This document shows positions 18,287-28,867 of a DNA stretch of 64,000 nucleotides, in pieces. This DNA comes from an uncultured Methanomassiliicoccus sp. (GTDB lineage: Archaea; Thermoplasmatota; Thermoplasmata; Methanomassiliicoccales; Methanomassiliicoccaceae), in contig CALUEU010000007.1 of assembly GCA_944319735.1 (NCBI GenBank), positions 1,189 through 65,188 of the forward strand, in the 5' to 3' direction. Below the pieces are notes generated by a model. That model saw nothing but the letters and a program-made list of their open reading frames with translations. It had not been told where the DNA came from and made no database searches. The position numbers and the translations under genes were made by a program. Position 1 is the stretch's first letter; every line of letters starts with the position of its first letter.

Positions 18287-19593
18287 TCAAACAGTACCTT
18301 GGCTGCGGCCTTTCTGACATCTTCAACGCAGCGCTGCGGAGAAGATACAAGGAATGCCCAGTCATGGACGCTTCTTGCTTGAATCGCCCTAGCCAGCGGA
18401 CTGTATTTTGACAAGGTCCTCACACGCCCGTTATCTAAGATGGGAACTTCAGTCTTGCCGATTGTAAGCTCTGAAAGAAGGATAGACTTGCTTGGAATAT
18501 CCAGTGTAACATCGGAATGCGGAACTCCGGCCCTGTCAGCAATTTCTATCTCTTTCTGCTTTCTTTTTTTGTAGTCAGCTACCTCTATGAGTCTTTTCTT
18601 CTGTTCATCATCAAGGGATGATACCGTCTCGCTGAGCGCTTTTTTATACAATCTGCGGTAGTTGAGAAGAGTCATAATCCTCTGTGCATCCTCATTGTCA
18701 TTCATCAGCTCAAGGCTCAGTTCAGCATCTGTATTCAGATGTGCATTTTGCAGAATTGAAGGCGGCGCAGTGTCTATTGCCTTGCAGAGCATCATTTCTG
18801 CAATTCTCACAGTTTTATGGAAGTAAACAGAAGTATACATCAGAGAGCGGGCCACCATCAAGCCTTCTACGGCTACCAATCCGCTTTTGTCTATTGCCAG
18901 GCAGCCGTGGGATATCGCCACAGTCTGCATGAGTCTGTCTACGTCGATGGTTCCATGTGCTACACCTGTGTAATATGCATCTCTCTGCAGGTAATCCATC
19001 TGATCTATGTCTAGCGGTCCAGAGATCATGTTTTTGAGATATGTCTTCTCTCTAAAGCTTCCCTGGCCGTTTTCTAACTGAAAATAGGTCTGCCCGTTGG
19101 GCGACTCAGTACTGGATGCAGAGATGAGGCTGCAGACATCCTCTGCAGAAATTCCTTCATTTTCCAGTACTTCTGAGATGGGAGCGATTTCCCCCATCGT
19201 CTTTGTATACCTCTCTGGCACAAAAGGAATCTTCCCCATGATGGCATCACATGTAGTATACATGTGGTCCATTCCAGTGATGTTCTCTATTACTTCCTCT
19301 AAAGTGTGAGAGAAAGGCGCATGTCCTAAGTCATGAAGCATAGCCGCTGCACAGACAGTCATCGTGTCTTCTTTGCTGAGTTCCAGAGATGCAGCCATTG
19401 TTTTAGCCATATGGTATGTGCCGAGAGAATGCTCTAATCTGGTGTGATTAGCTCCTGGAAAAACATAATAGGCCAAGCCCAGTTGGTGAATTGACTGCAG
19501 ACGCTGAATCTCTGGTCTTTGAAGCAGCTCTAAAAAAATACCCTCTACCTTTACGCTGCCATGCACACTGTCATTGATGACTTTAGATGACAC
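18283..19593 (-). CDS. HD-domain phosphohydrolase (SAMHD1/dGTPase-like, COG1078)
   Basis: RLEHSLGT and HDLGHAPFSH HD motifs. GTG start. Confidence 0.8.
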   Translation of the reverse strand: MSSKVINDSVHGSVKVEGIFLELLQRPEIQRLQSIHQLGLAYYVFPGANHTRLEHSLGTYHMAKTMAASLELSKEDTMTVCAAAMLHDLGHAPFSHTLEEVIENITGMDHMYTTCDAIMGKIPFVPERYTKTMGEIAPISEVLENEGISAEDVCSLISASSTESPNGQTYFQLENGQGSFREKTYLKNMISGPLDIDQMDYLQRDAYYTGVAHGTIDVDRLMQTVAISHGCLAIDKSGLVAVEGLMVARSLMYTSVYFHKTVRIAEMMLCKAIDTAPPSILQNAHLNTDAELSLELMNDNEDAQRIMTLLNYRRLYKKALSETVSSLDDEQKKRLIEVADYKKRKQKEIEIADRAGVPHSDVTLDIPSKSILLSELTIGKTEVPILDNGRVRTLSKYSPLARAIQARSVHDWAFLVSSPQRCVEDVRKAAAKVLFD

Positions 19594-19658
19594 GTTCTAA
19601 AGATGTAAAATTTGTATATTAAATGTTGGAGACTAAGCGCCTGTTGGCGCTCAATTGA

Positions 19659-20108
19659 TCAGCTAAATCCTCCTTTGATTTTGCTGCGGTCGATCTTTAT
19701 CCCGTTTGGAGCAAGAATCAGTATGTTGTTGTCGATGGCGGCAACATCTCCGTTGACGTCTCTGGCTACTGCCTTTAGTTCACTGGTGATCCTTCTAAGG
19801 GAATCATGATCGTTTGCAATTGGAGAATAATCAATCAAAATGATATTTCCATCATATGCGCCCTGTATGATTTTGTTAAGATCTTCATATCTGTAAATTT
19901 CAGCTAATTTGATTGTATTTCCTGAATTTGCTTCGCCTTCGAAGTACATGCTTCCAAGGTCCAGATACTCAATCTCGCCTTCTCCATTTCCTTTTTTGTC
20001 TCCTTTACCAAATCTCGGAAAAGCCAACTTGCATCCCTCTCGACTCGCAATGCCATCATCTATATATATCTCATTCGGAAAAAGTATCAGTCTTCTCCAG
20101 CTTTCCAC
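19659..20108 (-). CDS. sepF: archaeal SepF-like cell division protein (DUF552)
   Basis: The C-terminal core IKLAEIYRYEDLNKIIQGAYDGNIILIDYSPI...LRRITSELKAVARDVNGDVAAID matches the SepF fold pattern. The true start may be the internal TTG at 20027 (GAGGGA upstream). Confidence 0.7.
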   Translation of the reverse strand: MESWRRLILFPNEIYIDDGIASREGCKLAFPRFGKGDKKGNGEGEIEYLDLGSMYFEGEANSGNTIKLAEIYRYEDLNKIIQGAYDGNIILIDYSPIANDHDSLRRITSELKAVARDVNGDVAAIDNNILILAPNGIKIDRSKIKGGFS

Positions 20109-20584
20109 AGTTTGTCTGTTACATGATGAATGTTTTTTATTGCTTTTCCCGGAGATTTGCTGCGCATTTGCTCTCCGCTGATGAGAGCCTGCCCTACCGC
20201 TAGCGGCACACCGTTCTTAATATCCTTGATCCAAACAAGATCACCCGGAACTATGTCTGGATCTGCGTCTGTTATTCCAGGTCCCATGATATCAGCACCC
20301 TTTGTGACAAATGGCACGGCTCCCATATCTACTGTAATTCCGTATTTCGAAGCGGGATACTTCAACAGCCCGCGGACGCTGAGGAAAGCTTTGCCTTCGT
20401 ATATGATGCCCAGAATTTCATTGTTGACGTAAAGAACATCGAATTCAGGTCCTTCAGCACGGTCCACAGGAACGTTTGTACCAAAGAGCTGCTCAATTCC
20501 CAGACGCTGTTTTATCTCTTCTTCTACGACCTTTACCTCTTTTTCTCTAAGCCTGTGACGTTTTCTGATTCTGATTTCACTCAT
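20087..20584 (-). CDS. PUA-domain RNA-binding protein (Tma20/MCT-1 homologue)
   Basis: 165 aa with the C-terminal PUA signature (GADIMGPGI...GDLVWIKD...PLAVGQALISGEQM). Confidence 0.75.
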   Translation of the reverse strand: MSEIRIRKRHRLREKEVKVVEEEIKQRLGIEQLFGTNVPVDRAEGPEFDVLYVNNEILGIIYEGKAFLSVRGLLKYPASKYGITVDMGAVPFVTKGADIMGPGITDADPDIVPGDLVWIKDIKNGVPLAVGQALISGEQMRSKSPGKAIKNIHHVTDKLWKAGED

Positions 20585-20668
20585 GTTTACACCATGATAT
20601 CAAGGGTAAGCTTTCTTACTCTAGCCATTGTGCTATTGCTTATCCCCTAATATATTTTTCAGCAACGA

Positions 20669-21190
20669 TTACACAGCTCTCATGCCCGTTTTTTCTCTGA
20701 TTTCATTAATGTTCATCATTTCGTCATTTTTGAGCAGAGAGATCGAGGCGGTGTCTCCGACGGCCCGTACCACAATCTTCACATCGCCGCCTTCATGCGA
20801 CATGCCTTCAAACACTTCCGTAATTCTGCTTGAGTCAGAACTGCAGGTGTGAAGCATCCTGACATCCACACTTGCATTCTCTCCAGCTTGTTCTGCATAC
20901 TTTTTGACTGCAGAGTTTACTGTATCAATATCTGATGATATCCATTCATCCACGGGAATCCATTGCAGGGTGTAGGCAAAAACATCTGGAAAATGCTCTG
21001 CCAGCCTGGAGATCTTCTGTACTGCTTTTTTGGGATCACCACTGACTCTTACAAGATAAAGTTCCGGATCCATTGAAACATTCCAGTCTTCAACTGTCTC
21101 ACCGGCATCCATTGACCTTTTGACTATCTCATCTTCAGCTTCCCTTTCTTTTCCAGGTCTGAACGAAACCAGCAGGTTGTAGTCTAGCAT
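20669..21190 (-). CDS. THUMP-domain-like RNA-binding protein
   Basis: 173-aa ORF. The N-terminal ferredoxin-like half plus C-terminal half resemble stand-alone archaeal THUMP proteins. Weak assignment. Confidence 0.5.
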   Translation of the reverse strand: MLDYNLLVSFRPGKEREAEDEIVKRSMDAGETVEDWNVSMDPELYLVRVSGDPKKAVQKISRLAEHFPDVFAYTLQWIPVDEWISSDIDTVNSAVKKYAEQAGENASVDVRMLHTCSSDSSRITEVFEGMSHEGGDVKIVVRAVGDTASISLLKNDEMMNINEIREKTGMRAV

Positions 21191-21216
21191 GCTACTTATG
21201 TTCCATCATCATGGTG

Positions 21217-22467
21217 TTAATCCTTTTCAGCTCTAGTCAGGATTAGATAGGTCGCGACACCTATGGCAATTATTATTGCCGAGGTAACTGCAATTTCGAC
21301 TGAGAATGTAAACAACATTACTGCTGATGATACTGCTCCCACAGCAGATATGGGAACTGCCCATCTTCCTATTTTTATGCCTTTTCTTGCTAAGCCGAGC
21401 ACAGAGATATTTACAGCCAGAAACACCAGGAAAAGTGTAAAGTTTGTCAGATATGCCGCTGCCTCAATCCCGCCGACAAAGCAGAATGCTGCAGCTACAA
21501 GCATTGCTGTGATTACAGCAGTGGTAGGGGTCTTTCTTTTATGATTGACTTTTCTGAAAATCTTTGGAATAGCTTCCTCTTCAGCCATGCCGTAGATCAT
21601 TCTTGAAGTGGCAATGAGAACTATCAGCACAGTGTTGGATGTTGAAATCAGCGCGATAATTGTCATTAGCAGAGCTGCGCCGCTTCCTCCTGCCGCATAG
21701 GCAGCATCTGAGAGGGGAGCTGAAGAGTTTGCCAGATCAGAGTAGGGCACAAGGCTTACTGCCGTTACTGCCACGGCCACATACACCAGCGTTGAGATTA
21801 CCAATGCCAGAACAAGCGCCCTGGGGATAGTTTTCTCAGCATTCTTTGTTTCCTCACTTATTCTGACTATCCCTTCAAATCCGATCATGGCAAAGAAAAC
21901 TATGCCGACTGCGCTCAAAACTCCTGCAATTCCATGCGGAGACTGAAAGTAATCTACGCTGCCTATGTTCGGAAATCCCAGTATGACTACTGCTGCAATT
22001 CCGATCAGCTCTACGACAGTCATTATCGAAGCTGCGACAATAGACTCCTTTATTCCTTTTATATTTATTAACGAAACAATAACAATTAAGATAATGGCTG
22101 AAATTTCTTTTGGTATCGGCAGCAGCACAGACAGATACCCGCCGAATCCCAGGGCGATTGCAGAAATAGAAACAACACTGGAAAATATTACCAGCCAGCC
22201 TGTAATAAACGGCAGAACTCCTTTGCCGAATGCAGATTCAACATAGACATATTCTGCACCGCTGTGTGGATAGTGTGAAGACAGCCTTGCGTAGCTCAAA
22301 GCTGTGAACATGGCGATTGCAGAAGCAAATATAAATGTGAGCCAGACTGCATTACCTGCTTCTCCTGCCGCTGCACCTATGAGTGCATAAACTCCGGCAC
22401 CTACTATTGTGCCTATACCGTATGCAGTCGCCCCGAAGAGCCCTACGCTTTTCTTCAGCTCACTCAA
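21217..22467 (-). CDS. APC-superfamily amino acid permease
   Basis: 416 aa with about 12 TM helices. N-terminal GLFGATAYGIGTIVGAGVY is typical of APC transporters. Confidence 0.85.
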   Translation of the reverse strand: MSELKKSVGLFGATAYGIGTIVGAGVYALIGAAAGEAGNAVWLTFIFASAIAMFTALSYARLSSHYPHSGAEYVYVESAFGKGVLPFITGWLVIFSSVVSISAIALGFGGYLSVLLPIPKEISAIILIVIVSLINIKGIKESIVAASIMTVVELIGIAAVVILGFPNIGSVDYFQSPHGIAGVLSAVGIVFFAMIGFEGIVRISEETKNAEKTIPRALVLALVISTLVYVAVAVTAVSLVPYSDLANSSAPLSDAAYAAGGSGAALLMTIIALISTSNTVLIVLIATSRMIYGMAEEEAIPKIFRKVNHKRKTPTTAVITAMLVAAAFCFVGGIEAAAYLTNFTLFLVFLAVNISVLGLARKGIKIGRWAVPISAVGAVSSAVMLFTFSVEIAVTSAIIIAIGVATYLILTRAEKD

Positions 22468-22505
22468 GACTTAGCTCTTTTCAAGTGAGAATATTAAAAG
22501 AACTC

Positions 22506-23627
22506 TCAATTTCCTTTTGGTTCAGGAGGATTTTTTGTAAGAATTATGTTGCTGCTACTTACGAAGGCGCTTTCATTTTTGTAGTGTTCGCCTCTTTCTC
22601 TTTCAGCTCTGCACAGGGCCAACTGGGCTTCAAGCTCTTCTGAATTGAAGTTTGCCACACCCTTCGCAAAGTCTCCGATTCTGATGATTTCTCCTCTCTT
22701 GAATGTACCTTCAACAGAAGTTATGCCGCATGGCAGGAGGGAGTTTCCGCTTCTGATCGCTTCCTCTGCTCCTTTGTCCACACAGACTGTTCCATGAGGA
22801 AAAGCGTATGCCAGCCAGCGCTCTCTATTTGAGTAATGAGAGCTGGGTGTAAACATAGTTCCGATTTCTTCAGATGAAACCACCCTCAGGATGACATTCT
22901 CTTCTTTTCCGTTGGCTATGATCATGGTGAAGCCGCATTCCATGGCGATCATTGCTGCATTTATCTTAGTGCGCATTCCTCCTGTGGAACGCTCATTTTT
23001 CTTTGATCCAGCAATTCTCAGAATGTCCTCTGTGATTTCATCCACCACTGGAATCAGCAGTGCATGCGGATCAGCGTCAGGATTTCGGTCATAGAGGCCG
23101 TCTACGTCTGTCAGGAGAAGAAGCAGGTCTGAGTCAGTGCTTCCCGCCACTAATGCTGATAGCTTGTCATTGTCTCCGAAGATCTCTTCGATTTCGTCTG
23201 TAGCGATGACATCATTCTCATTCACGATCGGCACGGCGTTAAGTCTGAACAGCTCATCAATCGCCTTCTTGAGGTTCAGATGTCTGGTGCGGTCAGAAAA
23301 TGCCCCGTATGTCAAGAGGACCTGTCCGACCTTTTTTCCGTATATGCTGAAAGCTTCTCTCCAGGCCCTCATCAGCAGACTCTGCCCGACAGCGGCACAG
23401 GCCTGTTTCATTGCCACGTCTTTCTGGATGCCGTCAAGTCCTAATTCAGTCGAGCCGGCTCCGATGGCGCCGGAGCTGACCACTATGCACTGAATGCCTT
23501 TAGACTGAAGTTCCACAACCTGCCTGGCTACCTCTTCCAGATATGCAGAATTAATGCCACCGTCTTCCCTGCACAGTGTGTTGGTGCCTATCTTGACAAC
23601 CATCCTTTTAACTTCCAGATTTCTCAT
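22506..23627 (-). CDS. proB: glutamate 5-kinase (with C-terminal PUA domain)
   Basis: VVKIGTNTL, VVSSGAIGAG and GDNDKLSA kinase motifs. PUA-like C-terminus. Confidence 0.9.
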   Translation of the reverse strand: MRNLEVKRMVVKIGTNTLCREDGGINSAYLEEVARQVVELQSKGIQCIVVSSGAIGAGSTELGLDGIQKDVAMKQACAAVGQSLLMRAWREAFSIYGKKVGQVLLTYGAFSDRTRHLNLKKAIDELFRLNAVPIVNENDVIATDEIEEIFGDNDKLSALVAGSTDSDLLLLLTDVDGLYDRNPDADPHALLIPVVDEITEDILRIAGSKKNERSTGGMRTKINAAMIAMECGFTMIIANGKEENVILRVVSSEEIGTMFTPSSHYSNRERWLAYAFPHGTVCVDKGAEEAIRSGNSLLPCGITSVEGTFKRGEIIRIGDFAKGVANFNSEELEAQLALCRAERERGEHYKNESAFVSSSNIILTKNPPEPKGN

Positions 23628-24925
23628 AGTAATTTCCTGTGGGTGTACTTCCTGCCGTCTTTTCCTGAGTATTCCGCTACAGTCTGACCTTTACCACGGA
23701 GTTTGTACTTGTAAATTGTCAGGCCTTCTAATCCTACAGGGCCGCGGGCATGAGTCTTATTTGTCGATACTCCCACTTCTGCCCCCAGGCCGTAGCGGTA
23801 TCCGTCTGAAAACCTCGTGGAGGCATTCCACATGATGGATGAGGAATCAACATCATCCATGAATTCGTCTGCCGCTGCTTCGTTAGATGTTATGATGGCA
23901 TCTGTATGGTGAGAGGAATATCTATTGATGTGGTCTATTGCTTCTCTCAGAGAATCAACGATCTTTATCGAGATCACCAGATCATTGTACTCCTCAGACC
24001 AGTCATCTTCAGACGCCGCCTTCATTTTCGTTATGGCTGTGGACCTTTCGTCTCCGCGCATCTCTACGCCTGCTTTCTCATATTCTTCGGCTATGACTGG
24101 CAGGAATTTTTCTGCTATATTGGAATGAATCAGGAGTGTCTCGGTGGCATTGCAGACTGCTGGATACTGCACTTTTGCATCGAAGCAGACTTTCGCAGCC
24201 ATCTCCAGGTCTGCATCCTTATCTACGTAAGTGTGGCAGATTCCTGCTGCATGTCCCATGACTGGAATTCTCGTAGACTCCATGATCGACCTTACAAGCT
24301 GGTTCGATCCTCTGGGGATAATCAGATCAATCAGGTCGTCATGCTTCAGCAGGCTCTGGAATTCTTCTCTTGTGGACAGGAGCTGCACAGCACCTTCAAA
24401 TCTTTCATCCACCGAGATGATTGCTTTATTAATCAAGTCTGCCAGGATGATATTGGTATTCTTAGCCTCAGACCCGCCTTTCAGCAGAACTGCATTTCCT
24501 GATTTCAGACACAGGCATGAAATCTGCACCAGAGCGTCTGGACGGGATTCGAAGACTACGCCAATGACGCCTATCGGACAGGAGACTTTGTCAAGGATCA
24601 GGCCTTCATCCAGCTCTGTTCTTGACAGCACTTTGCCAATTACATCTTCCTGCTGCATGATTGATCTTATCGATGTCACAGACTCAGCAATCTTATCCTG
24701 TGAGTATTTCAGACGCTTTATGAGTGCCTGAGGCAGCTTCATCTCCTCTGCAGCTTTCATGTCTTTAGCGTTGGCTTCTGTGATCTCTTCAGAATTTAAT
24801 TCCAAAGCCAGAGCTATCGACTCAAGCGCAGCATTTCTGACATCAAGCGGAATTGACGACAGGCTGTACGATGATTTTCTAGCCTTCTCTGCGGCGGCTC
24901 TTATAGCGTCCATGTGAAGGTTCAA
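23624..24925 (-). CDS. proA: gamma-glutamyl phosphate reductase
   Basis: Aldehyde dehydrogenase fold with ESRPD, LKGGSEA and catalytic-Cys region VCNATETLL. 4-nt overlap with proB. Confidence 0.9.
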   Translation of the reverse strand: MNLHMDAIRAAAEKARKSSYSLSSIPLDVRNAALESIALALELNSEEITEANAKDMKAAEEMKLPQALIKRLKYSQDKIAESVTSIRSIMQQEDVIGKVLSRTELDEGLILDKVSCPIGVIGVVFESRPDALVQISCLCLKSGNAVLLKGGSEAKNTNIILADLINKAIISVDERFEGAVQLLSTREEFQSLLKHDDLIDLIIPRGSNQLVRSIMESTRIPVMGHAAGICHTYVDKDADLEMAAKVCFDAKVQYPAVCNATETLLIHSNIAEKFLPVIAEEYEKAGVEMRGDERSTAITKMKAASEDDWSEEYNDLVISIKIVDSLREAIDHINRYSSHHTDAIITSNEAAADEFMDDVDSSSIMWNASTRFSDGYRYGLGAEVGVSTNKTHARGPVGLEGLTIYKYKLRGKGQTVAEYSGKDGRKYTHRKLL

Positions 24926-25087
24926 ACAGTCTCATTAAAAAATACTTTTCCATACAATGTTTGATATACAAGTAATGAGGGCAATCTCTGAATCTTGTTT
25001 TTAGTTCCTATGTAAAAATATTTATCGGCATTGTCCAAACTTTGAGCGGAGAAAATACTAGTTCCAAAAGTTACACACTTCGTTGCT

Positions 25088-25231
25088 ATGTTAATGAAAC
25101 TGATGACCACAGTATTGTCGTTTATTCTGACGATGGCATTCGCAGCCGTAATCGCTGCAGGCGTGAGCGGCATCATGAACTGGTTTAGATCTCCAGAACC
25201 CTCCGCATCAAACATTGAAGAAGCAAAATGA
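25088..25231 (+). CDS. possible 47-aa single-pass membrane micro-protein
   Basis: Hand-translated MLMKLMTTVLSFILTMAFAAVIAAGVSGIMNWFRSPEPSASNIEEAK in an otherwise empty 313-nt gap. No homology claim. Confidence 0.25.
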   Translation: MLMKLMTTVLSFILTMAFAAVIAAGVSGIMNWFRSPEPSASNIEEAK

Positions 25232-25238
25232 AGAAGTT

Positions 25239-25871
25239 TTATTGAATGACTGGCGCTACAGGAATGCACTTCATGCAGTCATTTTCAATAGTAAATAAAA
25301 TCCCACTCAGGTAGCCCGGCCACCCCACATTTCTGTAGTCTACTCCTGCCAGCTCTTTCCACATGAGGCTTATATCCCAGTCATGTGAAACATGAATATC
25401 TAATTCTCCCTTTCCAATTTCACTCAGACTTTTCAACACAGGTCCTGCTATCATCTTTACTGAGTCTTTTACATCATATATCCATTCTGAATTAAGATTT
25501 GAATTGAACCATTCGCTGATGAAATCATGTCCGAGTTTAGAGACTTCTTCCATAACTCGCTGGTCTTTTACATATGGGGCGCAGAGACTCGTCCTCTCTT
25601 CAATTCCGGCCACCTTAATTCCGTTAGATTCCAGACCTTTTGCAATGCACTCTGCAGTCTGTCTGCATCTGAGAGCCGGGCTGTGAAACAATCTGACAGA
25701 TGAAAATCCTTTGAGTTTTTCCCCAAGCTCTCTTGACTCAACCATGCCGATTTCAGTCAGACCGATCGACATTTCATTTTCTAAATCAGTTGCTGGATAT
25801 CGCGCCCCATGTCTGATCACCACTGCTGCCGGCGTAGGAGCGTTATTTAACGTTTCTAGGAGTGACTCCAT
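25239..25871 (-). CDS. histidine phosphatase (phosphoglycerate mutase-like) family protein
   Basis: N-terminal RHG motif (VVIRHGARYP) and a later HD (VSHDWD). Confidence 0.75.
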   Translation of the reverse strand: MESLLETLNNAPTPAAVVIRHGARYPATDLENEMSIGLTEIGMVESRELGEKLKGFSSVRLFHSPALRCRQTAECIAKGLESNGIKVAGIEERTSLCAPYVKDQRVMEEVSKLGHDFISEWFNSNLNSEWIYDVKDSVKMIAGPVLKSLSEIGKGELDIHVSHDWDISLMWKELAGVDYRNVGWPGYLSGILFTIENDCMKCIPVAPVIQ

Positions 25872-25968
25872 AATTCTTCATTCGTTTGTAACTATTAGGA
25901 AATATCTTTTTGCTTCTCGTGAAAGCTCAAAACTACATATAGACAAATGCTATTCCAGTGTGAAATCT

Positions 25969-26712
25969 ATGAAAAAGATCGGATGGTTTACTACTGCTCG
26001 TGGTCCCGGATCCTTGAATCTCTATAACACAATGATTGAGCGCATAGACTCTGGAGACATAAAAGCAGAGCTGGCCTTTGTGTTTATAAACAGAGACATC
26101 AAAGACAATTCATACAGGGCAGAAATCGTAAACTCCGCTGAGGAACGCGGCATTCCGGTTGTAATACTTCCTTCAGATACTTTTGAGCCTGACTTGAAAA
26201 AGAGAGACATGACAGCATGGAGAAACAAATACGGGGAAAAACTGAGGGAGAAGATAGACTGCTACCAGATGGACTTCGGTGTTTTAGCAGGCTACATGCT
26301 GATATTCGATGACGCCACCTGCATTAAGTATCCGCTGATCAACCTGCACCCTGCTCTGCCTGACACCTATAAAGGAACGTGGATGGAGATAGTCGGACAG
26401 GTAATCGACAACAATGATGAATGCTATGGCTCAATGGTTCACATCTGCAGTCCTGAGCTTGACCGCGGTGACACTATTGCTTATGACAGTTTTCCAGTTT
26501 CATCCGTTGTAGGAGATGGAAGCAGGGATGAGAGAATACAGAATGTCCGTGCAGAAGAATCCAGAAGAGAAGCTCCTCTGCTGATGGAGACAATCAAAAT
26601 GCTCGTCAACGGTGAAATTTCTCTCAGAGACGGACATTTATACGACTCGGAAGGCAGGAGAATGAAGGAGTATCCGTGCTTGGCAGATCGTATAAATTCT
26701 AAAATAAATTGA
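25969..26712 (+). CDS. formyltransferase-family protein (PurN-like)
   Basis: INLHPALP (N-x-H) and ELDRGDTI (Asp) match the PurN catalytic triad pattern. ATG 25969 is preferred, because the ORF-track start at 25711 overlaps the upstream gene in antisense. Confidence 0.65.
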   Translation: MKKIGWFTTARGPGSLNLYNTMIERIDSGDIKAELAFVFINRDIKDNSYRAEIVNSAEERGIPVVILPSDTFEPDLKKRDMTAWRNKYGEKLREKIDCYQMDFGVLAGYMLIFDDATCIKYPLINLHPALPDTYKGTWMEIVGQVIDNNDECYGSMVHICSPELDRGDTIAYDSFPVSSVVGDGSRDERIQNVRAEESRREAPLLMETIKMLVNGEISLRDGHLYDSEGRRMKEYPCLADRINSKIN

Positions 26713-26867
26713 GTTTCTTTTTCAACTCTTTTTTCGAAAAACGTATTTTTTTAGTATATTCCATAGAAAATAGTGGCAAAATCGTAAAATACCATTTGAT
26801 ATTCTGCTATTACCTAAGATAGAGTTATATATTCTCAATCATACCGTCAAACACGCGAGGGACTGTC

Positions 26868-27428
26868 TTGAGTACATTAGAAGTTAGATGGCATGGCAGA
26901 GGCGGACAAGGTATCGTCACTGCTAATGAAATTCTAGCAGGCGCAGCCCTTTATGAAGGTAAATTCATGAAGGCTTTCCCGGAATTTGGTCCGGAAAGAA
27001 TGGGGGCGCCCATCCGTGCATTTGCTAGAGTGTCCGATGATCCCATAAAAGTGCACAGCCAGGTCTATTTCCCAGACTATGTTGCTGTTTTGGATCCAAC
27101 TCTGATTGGAAACATCAACGTGCTGGAAGGACTGAAGGAGAGTGGTTCTTTAATCATCAACAATACAGCTTCTGTAAGTGAATTAAAGAAGACGCTCAAC
27201 ACAGACATGGATGTCCATGTTGTAGATGCAACCAAGATTGCTCTTGAGACCATCGGTAAGCCATTGGCTAACACCGCTATGCTCGGTGCTTTGGTTAAAG
27301 TTTCAGGAATCGTTGGATTAGACAGCGTCATTGCTGAAATGCAGATCAAACTGGGAGGAAAACTTCCAGCACCAGTCGTTGAGAAGAATGTTCTCAGCGT
27401 GAAACGTGCATATGAGGAGGTACAGTAA
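26868..27428 (+). CDS. porG: pyruvate:ferredoxin oxidoreductase gamma subunit
   Basis: RWHGRGGQG N-terminus. First gene of the porGDAB order. TTG start with GAGGGA upstream. Confidence 0.9.
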   Translation: MSTLEVRWHGRGGQGIVTANEILAGAALYEGKFMKAFPEFGPERMGAPIRAFARVSDDPIKVHSQVYFPDYVAVLDPTLIGNINVLEGLKESGSLIINNTASVSELKKTLNTDMDVHVVDATKIALETIGKPLANTAMLGALVKVSGIVGLDSVIAEMQIKLGGKLPAPVVEKNVLSVKRAYEEVQ

Positions 27429-27704
27429 ATGGTAGAATATGAGACAACAGCTACCTCTGCAATTATTCCTGCAGGCACCGCAAAATCATATGAAACAGGG
27501 TCATGGCGTTCTCACCGCCCCGTTCTGGACAAAGAACAGTGCGTGAACTGTATGACTTGCTGGGTATTCTGTCCTGATAACTCCATAGTTGTTGAAAACG
27601 GTGAAGTTTTAGGATTCAAATTAACTCACTGCAAAGGTTGCGGAATCTGCGCGCAGGATTGTCCCAAAAAGGCAATCACAATGGTCCCGGAGGGACGTCA
27701 ATGA
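27429..27704 (+). CDS. porD: pyruvate:ferredoxin oxidoreductase delta subunit (2x[4Fe-4S])
   Basis: Two CxxCxxCxxxCP clusters (CVNCMTCWVFCP, CKGCGICAQDCP). Confidence 0.9.
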   Translation: MVEYETTATSAIIPAGTAKSYETGSWRSHRPVLDKEQCVNCMTCWVFCPDNSIVVENGEVLGFKLTHCKGCGICAQDCPKKAITMVPEGRQ

Positions 27705-28867
27705 AACGGTTAGCAATTAATGGTGATCAAGCAGTCGCACTGTCTTGGAAACAGGTAAATCCTGATTTCTGTGCTTCATACCCAATCACACCTCAGACGA
27801 TTATTGTAGAAGCTTTCTCAGACTATGTTGCCGACGGAGAAGTAGATACTGAATACGTGTGCAGCGAATCTGAGCACAGTTCTATGAGTATGTGCATCGG
27901 TGCAGCAGCTGCAGGTGCCCGTTCAGTCACTGCCACCGCTTCTGCAGGTCTCGCTTTCATGTGGGAAACACTGTACATCGCTTCCTCTATGAGAATGCCG
28001 ATTGTAATGACTGTAGCCAACAGAGCCCTGTCTGGACCAATCAACATCCACTGCGATCACTCAGATGCAATGGGTGCCAGAGACAGCGGCTGGATACAGA
28101 TCTTCGGGGAAAACGTGCAGGAAGCCTATGACAACTCAATCATGTCTTTCCGTATCGCAGAAGATTTAAGAGTCAGACTTCCCGTGATGAACTGCCTTGA
28201 CGGTTTTATCGTCACCCATGCTATCGAATCACTTCAGCCCATTGAGACAGAAGACGTTAAGAAATTCGTTGGAGAATACAAGGCTCTACTGCCCCTTCTG
28301 GATTACAAAAACCCTCACACATATGGACCATTCGACATGCCTGAAGTTTACTTTGAGCACAAGTATGACCAGGCAATGGCCATGCTGAAAGCCAAAGAAG
28401 TCATTATGGAAGTTGCCGCCGAGTTCGAGAAACTCACGGGCCGCAAATACGGATTCATCGAGGAATACAAAACGGAAGATGCAGACTTCGTTGCAATTGC
28501 CATGGGATCTACAGCCGGTACACTGAAACAGGTGGTAGACGACCTCAGGGAAGAAGGCCTGAAAGTCGGATGCATCAAAGTAAGAGTATTCCGTCCGTTC
28601 CCCTATGAAGAAATTTCAAAAGCTGTCAAAGGCAAAAAATGCGTTGCAGTCATGGATCGTGCATTAAGCATTGGAGCCGCCGGCCCTCTGTTTGCTGATG
28701 TATGCTCTGCAGAAATGTGTGCCGCTGACGCAAAATCACCCAAGATCGTGAACTTCATCTACGGTCTTGGAGGAAGAGATGTCAACGTGGAAGACCTGAA
28801 GAAAGTCTACCGCGCAATGATTGATGGAAGTGCACACAAAGTTAACTATCTGGGGGTGAAGAAATGA
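27701..28867 (+). CDS. porA: pyruvate:ferredoxin oxidoreductase alpha subunit
   Basis: MKRLAINGDQAVA start overlaps the porD stop (ATGA). Typical 2-oxoacid:ferredoxin oxidoreductase alpha sequence. Confidence 0.9.
   Translation: MKRLAINGDQAVALSWKQVNPDFCASYPITPQTIIVEAFSDYVADGEVDTEYVCSESEHSSMSMCIGAAAAGARSVTATASAGLAFMWETLYIASSMRMPIVMTVANRALSGPINIHCDHSDAMGARDSGWIQIFGENVQEAYDNSIMSFRIAEDLRVRLPVMNCLDGFIVTHAIESLQPIETEDVKKFVGEYKALLPLLDYKNPHTYGPFDMPEVYFEHKYDQAMAMLKAKEVIMEVAAEFEKLTGRKYGFIEEYKTEDADFVAIAMGSTAGTLKQVVDDLREEGLKVGCIKVRVFRPFPYEEISKAVKGKKCVAVMDRALSIGAAGPLFADVCSAEMCAADAKSPKIVNFIYGLGGRDVNVEDLKKVYRAMIDGSAHKVNYLGVKK

Noticed and set aside
23906-24731. Long plus-strand ORFs (198 aa, 166 aa) inside proA. 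Similar shadow ORFs lie in purF (5223-6353), porB (29125-29817), gatA (53450-54505), alaX (41425-42300) and the permeases (33524-34393).
   Set aside because: All are antisense or out-of-frame within genes that have strong family signatures. These are typical shadow ORFs.
24922-25269. 115-aa minus-strand ORF overlapping the proA start and the histidine-phosphatase 3' end.
   Set aside because: It bridges two real genes across an intergenic gap and has no motif and odd composition. A short plus-strand TM micro-ORF is a marginally better explanation of the gap.
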